Assembly (NCBI GenBank): GCA_013001965.1
Contig: JABDLA010000135.1
Coordinates: 1,823-65,822, forward strand
Length of the DNA: 64,000 nucleotides
Source: Flavobacteriaceae bacterium
GTDB lineage: Bacteria > Bacteroidota > Bacteroidia > Flavobacteriales > Flavobacteriaceae
Direction of reading: 5' to 3'
How positions within the stretch are numbered: position 1 is the stretch's first letter; every line of letters begins with the position of its first letter. Shown one piece after another: positions 9,478 to 19,266 of the stretch. Under the pieces are notes generated by a model. That model worked only from the letters and a program-made list of their open reading frames with translations, did not search any database and was not told where the DNA came from. Made by a program: the position numbers and the translations under genes.

Positions 9478-11265
9478 TTATTCCTTAGAGTCAAGCCATT
9501 CTGCCCTGGCTATCTCCTGTTTGACGGTTAAATCCAAACCGTTTTCTTCAAAAAGTGAAATTGTGTAAGCTGGGTCTTTTTTAAAAATGACTATAGTTTC
9601 TTTTCTTAAGCCAAAACGCTCAAAAACAACATCCAATTTATACCCAGGTTTTGCTGCACTAACAATTTTGTTAAAATCCAGAAATTCATTAAAAATCGTT
9701 TTCCCTGCCTCAATTATTTTATCCCCTTTTTCCAGGCCTGCAATATAGGCCGGTGAATCGATCCTGGGGTTGGATGTAATGATCCCCTTTTCTACTATGG
9801 CACCAAAGTAAACTTTGTTGGCATCCTGAGTTAATGTCACGCCAACTCTTTCAAATAAGCGTTTGAAATCAGGCATCTCGCTTTTATGGATATAGTTGTT
9901 GAAGAACCAATCGCCAAAATCTTTACCTACATAATCGTTCAAGGTGTTTTGTAGATCTTGAATGGTATAGGGTTTTTCGGTTTTTCCAAATCGAGACCAA
10001 ACCAGTTTCATATAATCATCCAGATTCAATCCCAATTCCCGAAGCGATAAATCTAAGGCCAGACCCAGCATTTGTCCGTAGGAATAATAGGAGATAAAAG
10101 TATTATCTCTATTATGTTGATCGACCGCTTTTGCGGCATCAACAAAAGGTGCCTGGTAGCTCATTTCAATGGGGTTATAAAAACGGCGTCCCGGGAAATT
10201 CCAAACGTAATTAAAAGTGCCTGTCATTCCTTCTAAATAATCTTCCTTGCCTATCAATCCAGCTCTGCAACGTGTTAACCCACTATAGTAGTTCGTAAAG
10301 CCCTCGGCAAACCAAAGTTCACCACTCATATCGGCAGCCGAAAAATCGAAAGGTTCTAATGATTGTGGACGTATCCGTTCCACGTTCCAGACATGAATAA
10401 ATTCGTGGGACACACTGCCTAAGTTTCGACTCATACCTTCATTTGCAAGGGATCGTGTCGTAGTTAAAACCGTTGAATTCCTATGTTCCATGGCATCGCC
10501 GGTAACATTGGGTAGATAACAAGCCAGGAAAGAATATTCACCATAATCGAATTTGGGTAATTCACCAAATATCCCCTTTTGTTGGAGTACAATTCGCTTT
10601 ACTTTGCCAAAATAGGAGTCCAGTTCTTCATCACTGCCATTATGATGCAGAACAAAATTTATCTTTTGTCCGTCAAGCTCAAAAGAACGCACATCATGAT
10701 CGCTTATTTCCACCGGACTATCCATAAAATATTGAAAATTAGGAGCACGGTAGGTGTCATCTGATACTTTCTCAAGCTGCGTAGCGATTTTCCAATTGAG
10801 ATCTTCACGAACATCAAAGGTCACATGGATTTCATCCGCTGCCAAACCTGGAACATACATAAAGGTGGGCGGAATATTTAAATGTGCATGCGTTTCATCG
10901 ATCTGGGCATAGGTCCCATCGCCATGATTGGCAAATAAAGTATAACTAACATTTAGAGTGCCGTCATGTCCTGACACATGCCAGGAATAGGGGTCTGGTC
11001 TGCTTGTATTCAGAATATTTCCTTTGCCATCGGTGGCTTTCACATTGTAAACATTCTTCACAAATTCATGAAGGGCATATCTTCCCGGAGACGTTCGGGC
11101 CATTCTGAATTCTACAACCTCCTCCTTTAAATTGGTAAATGTTGCGCTAATTTCAGCCTCATGATGAACAGCATTTTCAAATGAAATAGTGTATGCGGTT
11201 GATGGCTGAGCAATCGATAACTGACAAGCCCCTATAACAATGATAAAATGAATAATTCCTTTCAT
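9478..11265 (-). CDS. M61 family metallopeptidase with C-terminal PDZ domain
   Basis: 595 aa with a signal peptide, HEFIHVWN zinc motif and PDZ-like AGLEKGDKIIEAG. Confidence 0.85.
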   Translation of the reverse strand: MKGIIHFIIVIGACQLSIAQPSTAYTISFENAVHHEAEISATFTNLKEEVVEFRMARTSPGRYALHEFVKNVYNVKATDGKGNILNTSRPDPYSWHVSGHDGTLNVSYTLFANHGDGTYAQIDETHAHLNIPPTFMYVPGLAADEIHVTFDVREDLNWKIATQLEKVSDDTYRAPNFQYFMDSPVEISDHDVRSFELDGQKINFVLHHNGSDEELDSYFGKVKRIVLQQKGIFGELPKFDYGEYSFLACYLPNVTGDAMEHRNSTVLTTTRSLANEGMSRNLGSVSHEFIHVWNVERIRPQSLEPFDFSAADMSGELWFAEGFTNYYSGLTRCRAGLIGKEDYLEGMTGTFNYVWNFPGRRFYNPIEMSYQAPFVDAAKAVDQHNRDNTFISYYSYGQMLGLALDLSLRELGLNLDDYMKLVWSRFGKTEKPYTIQDLQNTLNDYVGKDFGDWFFNNYIHKSEMPDFKRLFERVGVTLTQDANKVYFGAIVEKGIITSNPRIDSPAYIAGLEKGDKIIEAGKTIFNEFLDFNKIVSAAKPGYKLDVVFERFGLRKETIVIFKKDPAYTISLFEENGLDLTVKQEIARAEWLDSKE

Positions 11266-11337
11266 TAGAACATAATTAAAAGGCTAAGATACTATTTTTG
11301 AAAGCGGAGAAATTTAAAATTAAATAGTTAGAAGGCG

Positions 11338-11769
11338 TCAATTCTCATTTAAATCCGGTTCAAGAAGGTCAATTTTTTCATTGGTTTCCTTAATGGTCAC
11401 AAAGAGTTTTTCATAGGTCCAAATACCATCTTCTTTCGTACCCTTCACTTCAATGGTCGCGGCTCCTTTGGGCCCTCTTAAAGGAATTTTAATATCCACT
11501 CTTCCCGATTCATTCTTAAAGTTGACCGTTCCCTCCATAAAGCCATCTGTTTTAATGGGCTCTCCCAGGATCTCCATGAGTTCAGGGCTATTTATCGATT
11601 CTTCAACAGCAAATTCATAGGGTTCTGAACCCTTAAGGGCTTCCGATACGCCAAAAATTGCAGCGCCAACCCCAAAAATAAACAACAGAATAATTGTAAG
11701 GCATCCGCCAACGGGCAAAAGCCATGGCCAATTTCTCCCAAACCAACTTTTTTGATGCTGATGTTCCAT
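11338..11769 (-). CDS. Coa1 (cytochrome oxidase assembly factor 1)-like membrane protein
   Basis: 143 aa with a single TM after KSWFGRNWPWLLPVGGC. Family assignment is from memory. Confidence 0.55.
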   Translation of the reverse strand: MEHQHQKSWFGRNWPWLLPVGGCLTIILLFIFGVGAAIFGVSEALKGSEPYEFAVEESINSPELMEILGEPIKTDGFMEGTVNFKNESGRVDIKIPLRGPKGAATIEVKGTKEDGIWTYEKLFVTIKETNEKIDLLEPDLNEN

Positions 11770-11848
11770 AATAATTTAGACTACTTAAAGATATGAATAG
11801 CGCGTTGAATTTTGTGCCTTCTATCAAAAAATATCTATTTCGTTTTCT

Positions 11849-11856
11849 TAAATTTG
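11849..11856 (+). promoter_or_regulatory. -7 box (TAAATTTG) for the cupin/JmjC gene
   Basis: TAnnTTTG 20 nt upstream of the TTG start at 11876. Confidence 0.4.
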
Positions 11857-11875
11857 ATTCGCTAAACAGAAAGCT

Positions 11876-12739
11876 TTGAAATTAAACCTTCAGGATATTC
11901 CTCGAGTCGAAACCATAAGCAAGGAGGATTTTATAAGATATTATTTTAAACCGCAAAAGCCGGTGGTTATCGAGCGATTTGTTGAAGAATGGCCGGCAGT
12001 AAAAAAATGGAGCCTCGATTATATGAAAGCGGTTGCGGGCGAAAAGACCGTGCCGCTTTATGATGATCGTCCTGTTGATTATAATGATGGGTTCAATGAA
12101 CCGCATGCCAAGATGAAGATGAGTGAATATATTGATCTTCTAAAGCGTGAGCCTACTAAGTATAGGATTTTTCTTTGGAACATATTGAAGGAAGTCCCAC
12201 AATTACAGCAGGATTTTTCATTTCCCGATTTCGGACTAAAACTAATGAAGGGCTTGCCAATGCTGTTCTTTGGAGGAACCAACTCGCATACATTTATGCA
12301 TTACGACATCGATCTGGCCAATATTTTTCATTTTCATTTTCAAGGCAAAAAGCGCTGCATTTTATTTGATCAAAAACAGAATTCGCACCTCTATAAAATA
12401 CCGCATTCATTAATTGTAAGAGAGGACATTGATTTTAGTGATCCCGATCTTGATAAATGGCCGGCATTAAAAAATGCCAACGGCTGGGTTTGTGAAATTA
12501 AGCATGGTGAAGTCCTGTATATGCCCGAAGGCTATTGGCATCATATGCAATATATTACACCCGGATTTTCGATGAGTTTACGTGCCATCGCAAGAAACCC
12601 AAAAAACTTGAGTAAAGCCGTTTACAATGTATTTATCATGAGAAGCCTGGACAACATCATGCGGCGCTTCAGAGGGCAAAAATGGATCGATTGGAAAAAC
12701 GAACAGGCCGTGATCAGAACCAATAAACGATTAATTTGA
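11876..12739 (+). CDS. Cupin-like (JmjC / Cupin_8) domain protein
   Basis: 287 aa. Contains FIRYYFKPQKPVVI..FVEEWPA..KW, HTFMHYD (HxD) and a later YWHHMQY His. Apparent TTG start. Confidence 0.75.
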   Translation: MKLNLQDIPRVETISKEDFIRYYFKPQKPVVIERFVEEWPAVKKWSLDYMKAVAGEKTVPLYDDRPVDYNDGFNEPHAKMKMSEYIDLLKREPTKYRIFLWNILKEVPQLQQDFSFPDFGLKLMKGLPMLFFGGTNSHTFMHYDIDLANIFHFHFQGKKRCILFDQKQNSHLYKIPHSLIVREDIDFSDPDLDKWPALKNANGWVCEIKHGEVLYMPEGYWHHMQYITPGFSMSLRAIARNPKNLSKAVYNVFIMRSLDNIMRRFRGQKWIDWKNEQAVIRTNKRLI

Positions 12740-13303
12740 CTAATCCTTCCACCCCCAGGGCGCATCTGGTATTTCAACCGTTTTGGTGAGATCAAATTCA
12801 ACCCTAAAAACCCTGTCGGTTCCAAGACGCCTTAAATTATAGGTGTACTGAGATTCATTAATTGTGATCCACCAAACATTTGACGATGCCGCCGGAATCA
12901 GAAGCTTTGTTTCTTCATCAGCTGGAAATATTTGAAGCGAATCCTGTCCTGCATTTACAGTTTGTCCGCCATATTGTGTGATCTCATCTTCGGTTCCATC
13001 TTCATGCCTATGATCATGTTTCAATTGAATGCGGTCATCATTGAATGTTAAGACCCAGGTCCTTGATCTGTCATCACCCACAAAAAATGGAATTCGAATT
13101 CTATTGTCATCACATGATCTCACATGCATAATCAGCCGCTTACCGCCGAATTGTTCATCATTTTCAGGTAAAACCAATTGACCTTCAAAGGCCTTTCCAC
13201 AAATAGATTGGAGCGATTCCCAATACTGCCGGGCCTCACTTTTTTCCTGAGCACAGGCCGTTGTTATTAAAAGTACACAAAAATACAGACTGATCTTTTT
13301 CAT
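12740..13303 (-). CDS. Hypothetical lipoprotein
   Basis: 187 aa with a signal peptide and Cys (LLITTACAQ). No recognisable domain. Confidence 0.6.
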   Translation of the reverse strand: MKKISLYFCVLLITTACAQEKSEARQYWESLQSICGKAFEGQLVLPENDEQFGGKRLIMHVRSCDDNRIRIPFFVGDDRSRTWVLTFNDDRIQLKHDHRHEDGTEDEITQYGGQTVNAGQDSLQIFPADEETKLLIPAASSNVWWITINESQYTYNLRRLGTDRVFRVEFDLTKTVEIPDAPWGWKD

Positions 13304-13337
13304 AAAATTTAAGATTAAATTTAAGATGAATATATAA

Positions 13338-13814
13338 TTATTTTATCAAGGCATTTGCCTTATCGTAAACCAAATTCGATTCCCAGCCCCTGTAAAGCAA
13401 ATAATCGACCAATTTCTTCTTTTTTTTCAAATTACTGGTTTCTTTTATCTGACGGAATCGTTTTTCGGCTAATTCGTTAAAAACTTCAATATATTCGTCA
13501 GGATCGATTTCCGCAATTGCCTGATTTATATTAAATTTACTGATCTCTCTTTTCCTTAACTCAAGGATTAGACGTGCTCTGCCCCACTTTTTAATCCTGA
13601 ACTTACCGCTTACGAAGGATTTGGCAAATCGTGATTCATTTAGATAATTGTGATCGATTAGTGAAACGATGATCAGGTCGATGGCCTCAGGGATCATGCG
13701 CATACTTATTAATTTTTTGTGTACCTCCTGATGACAGCGTTCCTGATAGGAGCAGTAATATTGAAGTTTTGACAATGCTTCTTCAACCGAGTAAGATTTT
13801 GATGTATTGATCAT
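13338..13814 (-). CDS. recX: Regulatory protein RecX
   Basis: 158 aa helical repeat protein. The N-terminal A..KL..YCSYQERC..EV..KL pattern is typical of flavobacterial RecX. Confidence 0.7.
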   Translation of the reverse strand: MINTSKSYSVEEALSKLQYYCSYQERCHQEVHKKLISMRMIPEAIDLIIVSLIDHNYLNESRFAKSFVSGKFRIKKWGRARLILELRKREISKFNINQAIAEIDPDEYIEVFNELAEKRFRQIKETSNLKKKKKLVDYLLYRGWESNLVYDKANALIK

Positions 13815-13880
13815 CCTGCAAATTGAATGTTTTGTTAATAACTAACATGCTGCATATCAAATAATTATGCATTTAAGAAT

Positions 13881-13888
13881 TATATTTG
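13881..13888 (+). promoter_or_regulatory. -7 box (TATATTTG) for the giant T9SS cargo gene
   Basis: TAnnTTTG 38 nt upstream of the ATG at 13926. Confidence 0.45.
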
Positions 13889-13925
13889 CTCGTTTGCTTA
13901 AGAAACAAAATTAATAGTTATTCCT

Positions 13926-16900
13926 ATGATTAAGAAATACGCCCTCGTCTTCTTATCAATTATGTTATCTTTTTCTATGTCTTTTGGTCAGACGCCTTGG
14001 ATCAACGAGATTCATTATGATAATAATGGAACAGATGTCACAGAAGGTGTGGAAGTCGCAATTCCTGCCGGCTATACTTACAATCCGGCATCATTCAGGC
14101 TTGTGGGATATAATGGTGCTAATGGCCAAACCTATACTGCTGCCATAAATATTGATCCTTATGTTGCAGGTGGAACAATTGTAGGTAGTGTCACCTTTGT
14201 TTGGGTCCCGATTAGTGGATTGCAAAACGGTGCTCCCGATGGTATCGCTCTTGCTGAAACCGGGTTGATTCAGTTTTTAAGTTACGAAGGTAATTTCACA
14301 GCAACCAATGGGGTGGCCATTGGAACTACTTCAACAGATATAGGTGTTTCTGAAAGCAGTTCGTCTCCTGTTGGAAACAGTTTACAATTACAAGGCACAG
14401 GCTGCCAATATTCTGATTTTACATGGGCTTCGAGTGCTGCTCATACAAATAATAACATCAATACCGGTCAAACCTTGAATTGTGTGGTGGATGACGTCGA
14501 TTGGGCTAATGTCCAATCCCCTCCAAATGGCACTATTGTCCTTGGAAATACTTTCGATGTATATGCACGAGTCTGGGAGAATGGGGTAACCAATGTTGGT
14601 AGTCCGGGAGCAGGCATCAGTGCATGGATAGGTTATAGTTCTACGAATTCAGATCCCAGTACATGGCCCGCTGCAAACTGGGTCCCGGCAAGCTTTAATG
14701 GCGATTTTGGAAATGATGATGAATTTACCGCTGATATAGGGGCAGCGATAACAGCTACCGGAACGTACTATTATGCATCAAGATTTCAACTCAATACAGG
14801 ACCCTACCGATATGGAGGCTATAATGGTGGGTTTTGGGATGGCACTACGAACATCAATGGTGTTTTAACCGTTAATCCCCGAACACTGGATTGGGTGAAT
14901 CTGCAATCTCCTCCAACAGGGAATATAACGACTGGAACTGTTTTTGACGTGTTTGCGCAGGTCTATGAACCTGGCGTAACCGATACTCCATCCTCTCAAG
15001 GTCTGGGTATTGAAGCAGAAATTGGGTATCATGCATTTGATACTGACCCAAGTACATGGCCCGCCGCCAGTTGGGGAACTGCGGGCTATAATCCCGCTTG
15101 CGGGACGAATTGCGGAACGCCAGAAAATAACGATGAATATTTTCTTGATTTAAATTTAATTACTCCCCTTACCTCAGGAACCTATTATTATGCCAGCAGA
15201 TTCAGAATTGATGGCGGCCCATGGGTTTATGGCGGCTATAATGCCGGTGGCGGTGGTTTTTGGACTGCACCCTTTGGGACTGGTGGTCCGGCCGATAATG
15301 TAAACGGTGAAATTATAGTTACCGATCCTGTTACTGCCGATGTTGTGATCACAGAGATCATGTATAATACCACAGGAACTGATGACGAATGGATAGAGAT
15401 TTGCAATATTTCAGGAAGTGCCCAGGACTTGAGCAATTATACAATTGAAGTAGCCGGTACGGTGCGTTTTACTTTTGGAGGCAGTGTTTCATTAGCTGAC
15501 GGAGCATGTATTACAATTGCTATTGGAGATAATGGCAATGCCCCATACAATCCGGACTGCCCTTTTGTTCAAGATTATGGCTCTCCTGCAGGTACGAACT
15601 TCATGGCAAATAGTCCCGATGCAACGGGAATTGATATTGAACTGCTTTCACCTTCGAGTGCCACTGCTGATATTGTCAATTATGACGATGCCGATGGTGC
15701 TGACGGAACAGGCCCTTCTTTACATGTTATTGATGCCACTATGGATAATTCCGATACCGGGTCTAACTGGCAGGAAGTCATTGATGGCGGTTCTCCAGGA
15801 ATAAACTCATTGGTGTCTCCGTGCACACCTATTGTTCCGGAGATCAATGTAGAAGGCTTTGTTGGAGGATTCCCAAATATTGTAGATGGAGATGTCACAC
15901 CCCAGGGAACAGATAATACCTTGTTCGCACAACAGATCATTGGCAACTCTCAATTGAAATCATACCGTATACAAAATTTAGGTGCTGCCGACTTGACTAT
16001 TTCCAATATATATACTGCTGCACCAGGCCCCCATTCTGCTGATTTTACGGTAGGAAGCTATAGTTATCCCTTTACCATAGCGCCCGGAGCCGATTTCACT
16101 TTCGATATTACTTTTTCACCTTCGGCAGCTGGTCAACGAGACGCCACGTTATATATTGATAATGACGATGCCGACGAAAATCCTTATAATTTTGCAATAA
16201 GAGGATCGGGAGTATGTGCAGCTGGGGCCATTTCCATTTCGCCCACTTCAGGCCCGGCGGGTACCATTGTAACTGTAACGGGTTCAAATTTCGGGACTGT
16301 AAATACAGCAGCTTCAATTGATGGCATTGCAGCAGCTTTGACTTACATTTCCGCAACAGAAATTGAAGTGACAATTCCGGCAGGTACAAATCCCGATGAC
16401 CTTGAAATCACAGATGAATCTAATTGTCTGGCCATTGCCTTCTTTACCGTTTTGACTTCCGATGTTGAAACCTGTGAAGGTGCCAGCGGGGTCATTCCTC
16501 CAAACTGGAATGATTTACTAATCACCGGCGTGTTTGACAATACCTCAGGTTCTTGTCATTATCTGGAAGTTTTTAATCCAACCGGAACAGCTATTACATT
16601 GACCGGACAATATGAGATTGGTCTATCAAACAATTTTGCTGCAACAACCACTACGCCATTTACATTTAATGCAGGAAGAGAGCCGCTTACAGGAACCGTT
16701 CAACCGTATTCGACCTATGTAGTTCGATTTGGAAATCAAGGCGATACCTGTAATGATTGCCCAACAATAGTCCCTGATGAAACTATTGAAGACCCCGGTT
16801 TTGGGATCAATGGTAACAGTCCGGATGGTGTCGATCGTATTGTTTTAATAAAGAATTTCATAAATGTAGATCTTTGGGGTAACGACCTTTATGGAAGTCC

Positions 16901-19223
16901 TGGTTATGTATATACTAGAAGTCCGGAAGATATGGGAGGAAATCCTGTAACAGCTACAGCGCCTACGATGTCCTGGGATACCAATGACTGGGCCAGTCAA
17001 GGGATGGCTGATTGCTTTGGATTCCAATATTTGCCGGCCTCACCTCCTACAGTAACTTTAAATCCAAGTTATACACCTGATTGTGACGCTGATGTTACCC
17101 TTAGCGTCAACGCAACTGAGGGTTATGATCTAGGGGATGATACTCAGGAACTGGCGTATCAATGGTATTACCAAATACCCGGAAATGCAGGCTGGAGCGC
17201 AGTGACTAACGGCGGTGATTATTCAGGAGCGACAACGGCTACACTTTCTATTAGTAACGTATTGAATTATTATAATTATCAATATTATTGTCAGATTAGA
17301 GAAGATGATTCAAGTTGTTTCATTTCTTCTGATGCAACGCGATTAGAAGTGCCTAGAACCATTTGGAACCTTGGGGCATGGAGCAATGGGGTGCCGGATG
17401 TCAATACGATTGCCATCATTGACGATATTTATAACTCAGGAAGTAATGGAGATATTGATGCCTGTCAGTTAATTGTTAATACCGGTAACACACTTACCGT
17501 TGGAAATTCATCTTATGTAAGGATCGTAAACAATGTTATTAATAATGGTAATATAACGGTGCAAACCAGGGGCTCATTTGTACAGGACGGTGATGATGCA
17601 GCGGCAGGAACATTTACGAATTCGGGGGCTGGCTCGTCTAATATCCTGAAAACAACGGCGACCTTCAATGATGCCATAAGTGGCGACTATAACTATACCT
17701 ATTGGAGTTCACCTGTGGCAGGTAGTTTGGTCAATACCGTATTTCCAAATCCAGTTGGTGAGAGGCGTTTTTACTTTGCAGGAGAAGAATTCCTAGATGC
17801 GCTTGCCGAAGACCCCGGAAACAACAATGTGTTTAATGCCGGTCAGGATGATATCGATGATGATGACAGCGACTGGATCTATGCGACAGGCTTAACTATG
17901 GAAATTGGAAGAGGCTATGCAGTGACGGCTGTTTCTACGCCATCTGCGGGCAGCAATTATTCAGATTCAGCAAATTTTATTGGTGATTTTAATACCGGAA
18001 ATTACGATTTCACGATCTATAGAAATGATAGTGAAATGAATGACAATAATTGGAATTTTACCGGAAATCCGTATCCAAGCCCAATTAGTATCGATGCCTT
18101 TATCCTGGAGAATATGTATTTAGCAAGTCCGGTGGGCGGATTCCCGACCAATACTTCAGGAACACTTGATGGTGCCGTATTTTTATGGTCCCAAAGCATC
18201 CCTGCAAATGCAACAACCAACGGAAATGAAAACTGGAATTTCAGCCAGAATGATTATGCCGTCATTAACTTAACAGGAGAAACAGCCGGTAATAGCGGCG
18301 TTACACCTAACAGGTTTATTCCATCCGGACAAGGTTTCTTTATATCTTATTCTGATGATGCCGGAACCAATGGCTCATTCCCGATCTATTCAAATACGAT
18401 CACTTATAAAAACAGTATGCGGGTGGCTGACAATTCAAGCAACAACCAATTTTTTGAGGCCAATGAAGAAACTCAAAATTTTGGTGAGGCCAATCCACTT
18501 TCATCCACATCCGAGTTCAATAAGCTCTGGCTTGATTTGAACTCCGATAATGGTGTATTCAACCAGATCCTCGTAGGCTATGTTCCTGGTGCTACTGATG
18601 GATTTGATGGTATGATATTAGATGCCTATAAAAACTTGTCATCGAGTCTATATGCAGGACTTTATACCTTTATTGAAGGGCAGGAAAAGGTGTTTACAAT
18701 ACAAGGGAAAAATCCCCTAAGTCTGAATTTAGATGAAATTATTCCTGTTGGTTTCTCCACAAAAATTACAGAGCCAACGCTTTATTCATTCTCTATTCCC
18801 CGAAAGGAAGGAGAGTTTCTAAATACGAATGCAATCTATTTAAAGGACCATCTCTTGAATATAACACATGACCTTACGGTATCTGATTATTCTTTTACTT
18901 CAGACATTGGAGAGTTCAATGACCGATTTGATATTCGATTCACTGAAGATGCCTTATCCTTAGATGAGGTTGAATTGACTGGAGATGATCTTATCATTCT
19001 TGAAGGTGAAAATGATAATATTTTATTTAAGCTTAGCGGCAACTATCAAATGGCAACTATAGAGATCATAGATCTATTGGGCCGAACTGTTTATAAATTA
19101 AATGGAGAAGATCGCAATCAAATTACCTATAATCTCTCAAGTTTAAGCCAGGCAACATATATCGCCAGAGTAACATTAACCAATGATAAGGTCATTTTGA
19201 AAAAAATGGTCAAAAGAAAATAA
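13926..19223 (+). CDS. 1765-aa secreted multidomain protein with T9SS C-terminal sorting domain
   Basis: Signal peptide. ExeM/NucH-like N-terminal module (WINEIHYDNNGTDVTEGVEV). Two further lamin-tail-like modules (VITEIMYNTTGTDDEWIEICN; LLITGVFDNTSGSCHYLEVFN). Choice-of-anchor-D-like module. IPT/TIG (ISISPTSGPAGTIVTVTGSNF). CTD (IEIIDLLGRTVYKL...ATYIARVTL). Confidence 0.85.
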   Translation: MIKKYALVFLSIMLSFSMSFGQTPWINEIHYDNNGTDVTEGVEVAIPAGYTYNPASFRLVGYNGANGQTYTAAINIDPYVAGGTIVGSVTFVWVPISGLQNGAPDGIALAETGLIQFLSYEGNFTATNGVAIGTTSTDIGVSESSSSPVGNSLQLQGTGCQYSDFTWASSAAHTNNNINTGQTLNCVVDDVDWANVQSPPNGTIVLGNTFDVYARVWENGVTNVGSPGAGISAWIGYSSTNSDPSTWPAANWVPASFNGDFGNDDEFTADIGAAITATGTYYYASRFQLNTGPYRYGGYNGGFWDGTTNINGVLTVNPRTLDWVNLQSPPTGNITTGTVFDVFAQVYEPGVTDTPSSQGLGIEAEIGYHAFDTDPSTWPAASWGTAGYNPACGTNCGTPENNDEYFLDLNLITPLTSGTYYYASRFRIDGGPWVYGGYNAGGGGFWTAPFGTGGPADNVNGEIIVTDPVTADVVITEIMYNTTGTDDEWIEICNISGSAQDLSNYTIEVAGTVRFTFGGSVSLADGACITIAIGDNGNAPYNPDCPFVQDYGSPAGTNFMANSPDATGIDIELLSPSSATADIVNYDDADGADGTGPSLHVIDATMDNSDTGSNWQEVIDGGSPGINSLVSPCTPIVPEINVEGFVGGFPNIVDGDVTPQGTDNTLFAQQIIGNSQLKSYRIQNLGAADLTISNIYTAAPGPHSADFTVGSYSYPFTIAPGADFTFDITFSPSAAGQRDATLYIDNDDADENPYNFAIRGSGVCAAGAISISPTSGPAGTIVTVTGSNFGTVNTAASIDGIAAALTYISATEIEVTIPAGTNPDDLEITDESNCLAIAFFTVLTSDVETCEGASGVIPPNWNDLLITGVFDNTSGSCHYLEVFNPTGTAITLTGQYEIGLSNNFAATTTTPFTFNAGREPLTGTVQPYSTYVVRFGNQGDTCNDCPTIVPDETIEDPGFGINGNSPDGVDRIVLIKNFINVDLWGNDLYGSPGYVYTRSPEDMGGNPVTATAPTMSWDTNDWASQGMADCFGFQYLPASPPTVTLNPSYTPDCDADVTLSVNATEGYDLGDDTQELAYQWYYQIPGNAGWSAVTNGGDYSGATTATLSISNVLNYYNYQYYCQIREDDSSCFISSDATRLEVPRTIWNLGAWSNGVPDVNTIAIIDDIYNSGSNGDIDACQLIVNTGNTLTVGNSSYVRIVNNVINNGNITVQTRGSFVQDGDDAAAGTFTNSGAGSSNILKTTATFNDAISGDYNYTYWSSPVAGSLVNTVFPNPVGERRFYFAGEEFLDALAEDPGNNNVFNAGQDDIDDDDSDWIYATGLTMEIGRGYAVTAVSTPSAGSNYSDSANFIGDFNTGNYDFTIYRNDSEMNDNNWNFTGNPYPSPISIDAFILENMYLASPVGGFPTNTSGTLDGAVFLWSQSIPANATTNGNENWNFSQNDYAVINLTGETAGNSGVTPNRFIPSGQGFFISYSDDAGTNGSFPIYSNTITYKNSMRVADNSSNNQFFEANEETQNFGEANPLSSTSEFNKLWLDLNSDNGVFNQILVGYVPGATDGFDGMILDAYKNLSSSLYAGLYTFIEGQEKVFTIQGKNPLSLNLDEIIPVGFSTKITEPTLYSFSIPRKEGEFLNTNAIYLKDHLLNITHDLTVSDYSFTSDIGEFNDRFDIRFTEDALSLDEVELTGDDLIILEGENDNILFKLSGNYQMATIEIIDLLGRTVYKLNGEDRNQITYNLSSLSQATYIARVTLTNDKVILKKMVKRK
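14496..14879 (+). repeat. Copy 1 of a tandem protein-domain repeat (aa 191-318) inside the giant gene
   Basis: Shares the pattern DW.N.QSPP.G.I..G..FDV.A.V.E.GVT...DPSTWPAA.W...GTYYYASRF...GP..YGGYN.GGFW with copy 2. Confidence 0.8.
14886..15326 (+). repeat. Copy 2 of the tandem protein-domain repeat (aa 321-467)
   Basis: Same motif string as copy 1, with small insertions (ACGTNCGTPENN, TAPFGTGGPA). Confidence 0.8.
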
Positions 19224-19240
19224 GGGATCAAGCTATATAG

Positions 19241-19266
19241 AAAGCCACTTTAAAGTGGCTTTTTTT
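19241..19266. terminator. Hairpin terminator between convergent genes
   Basis: AGCCACTT/AAGTGGCT stem flanked by an A-run and a T-run. Confidence 0.75.
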
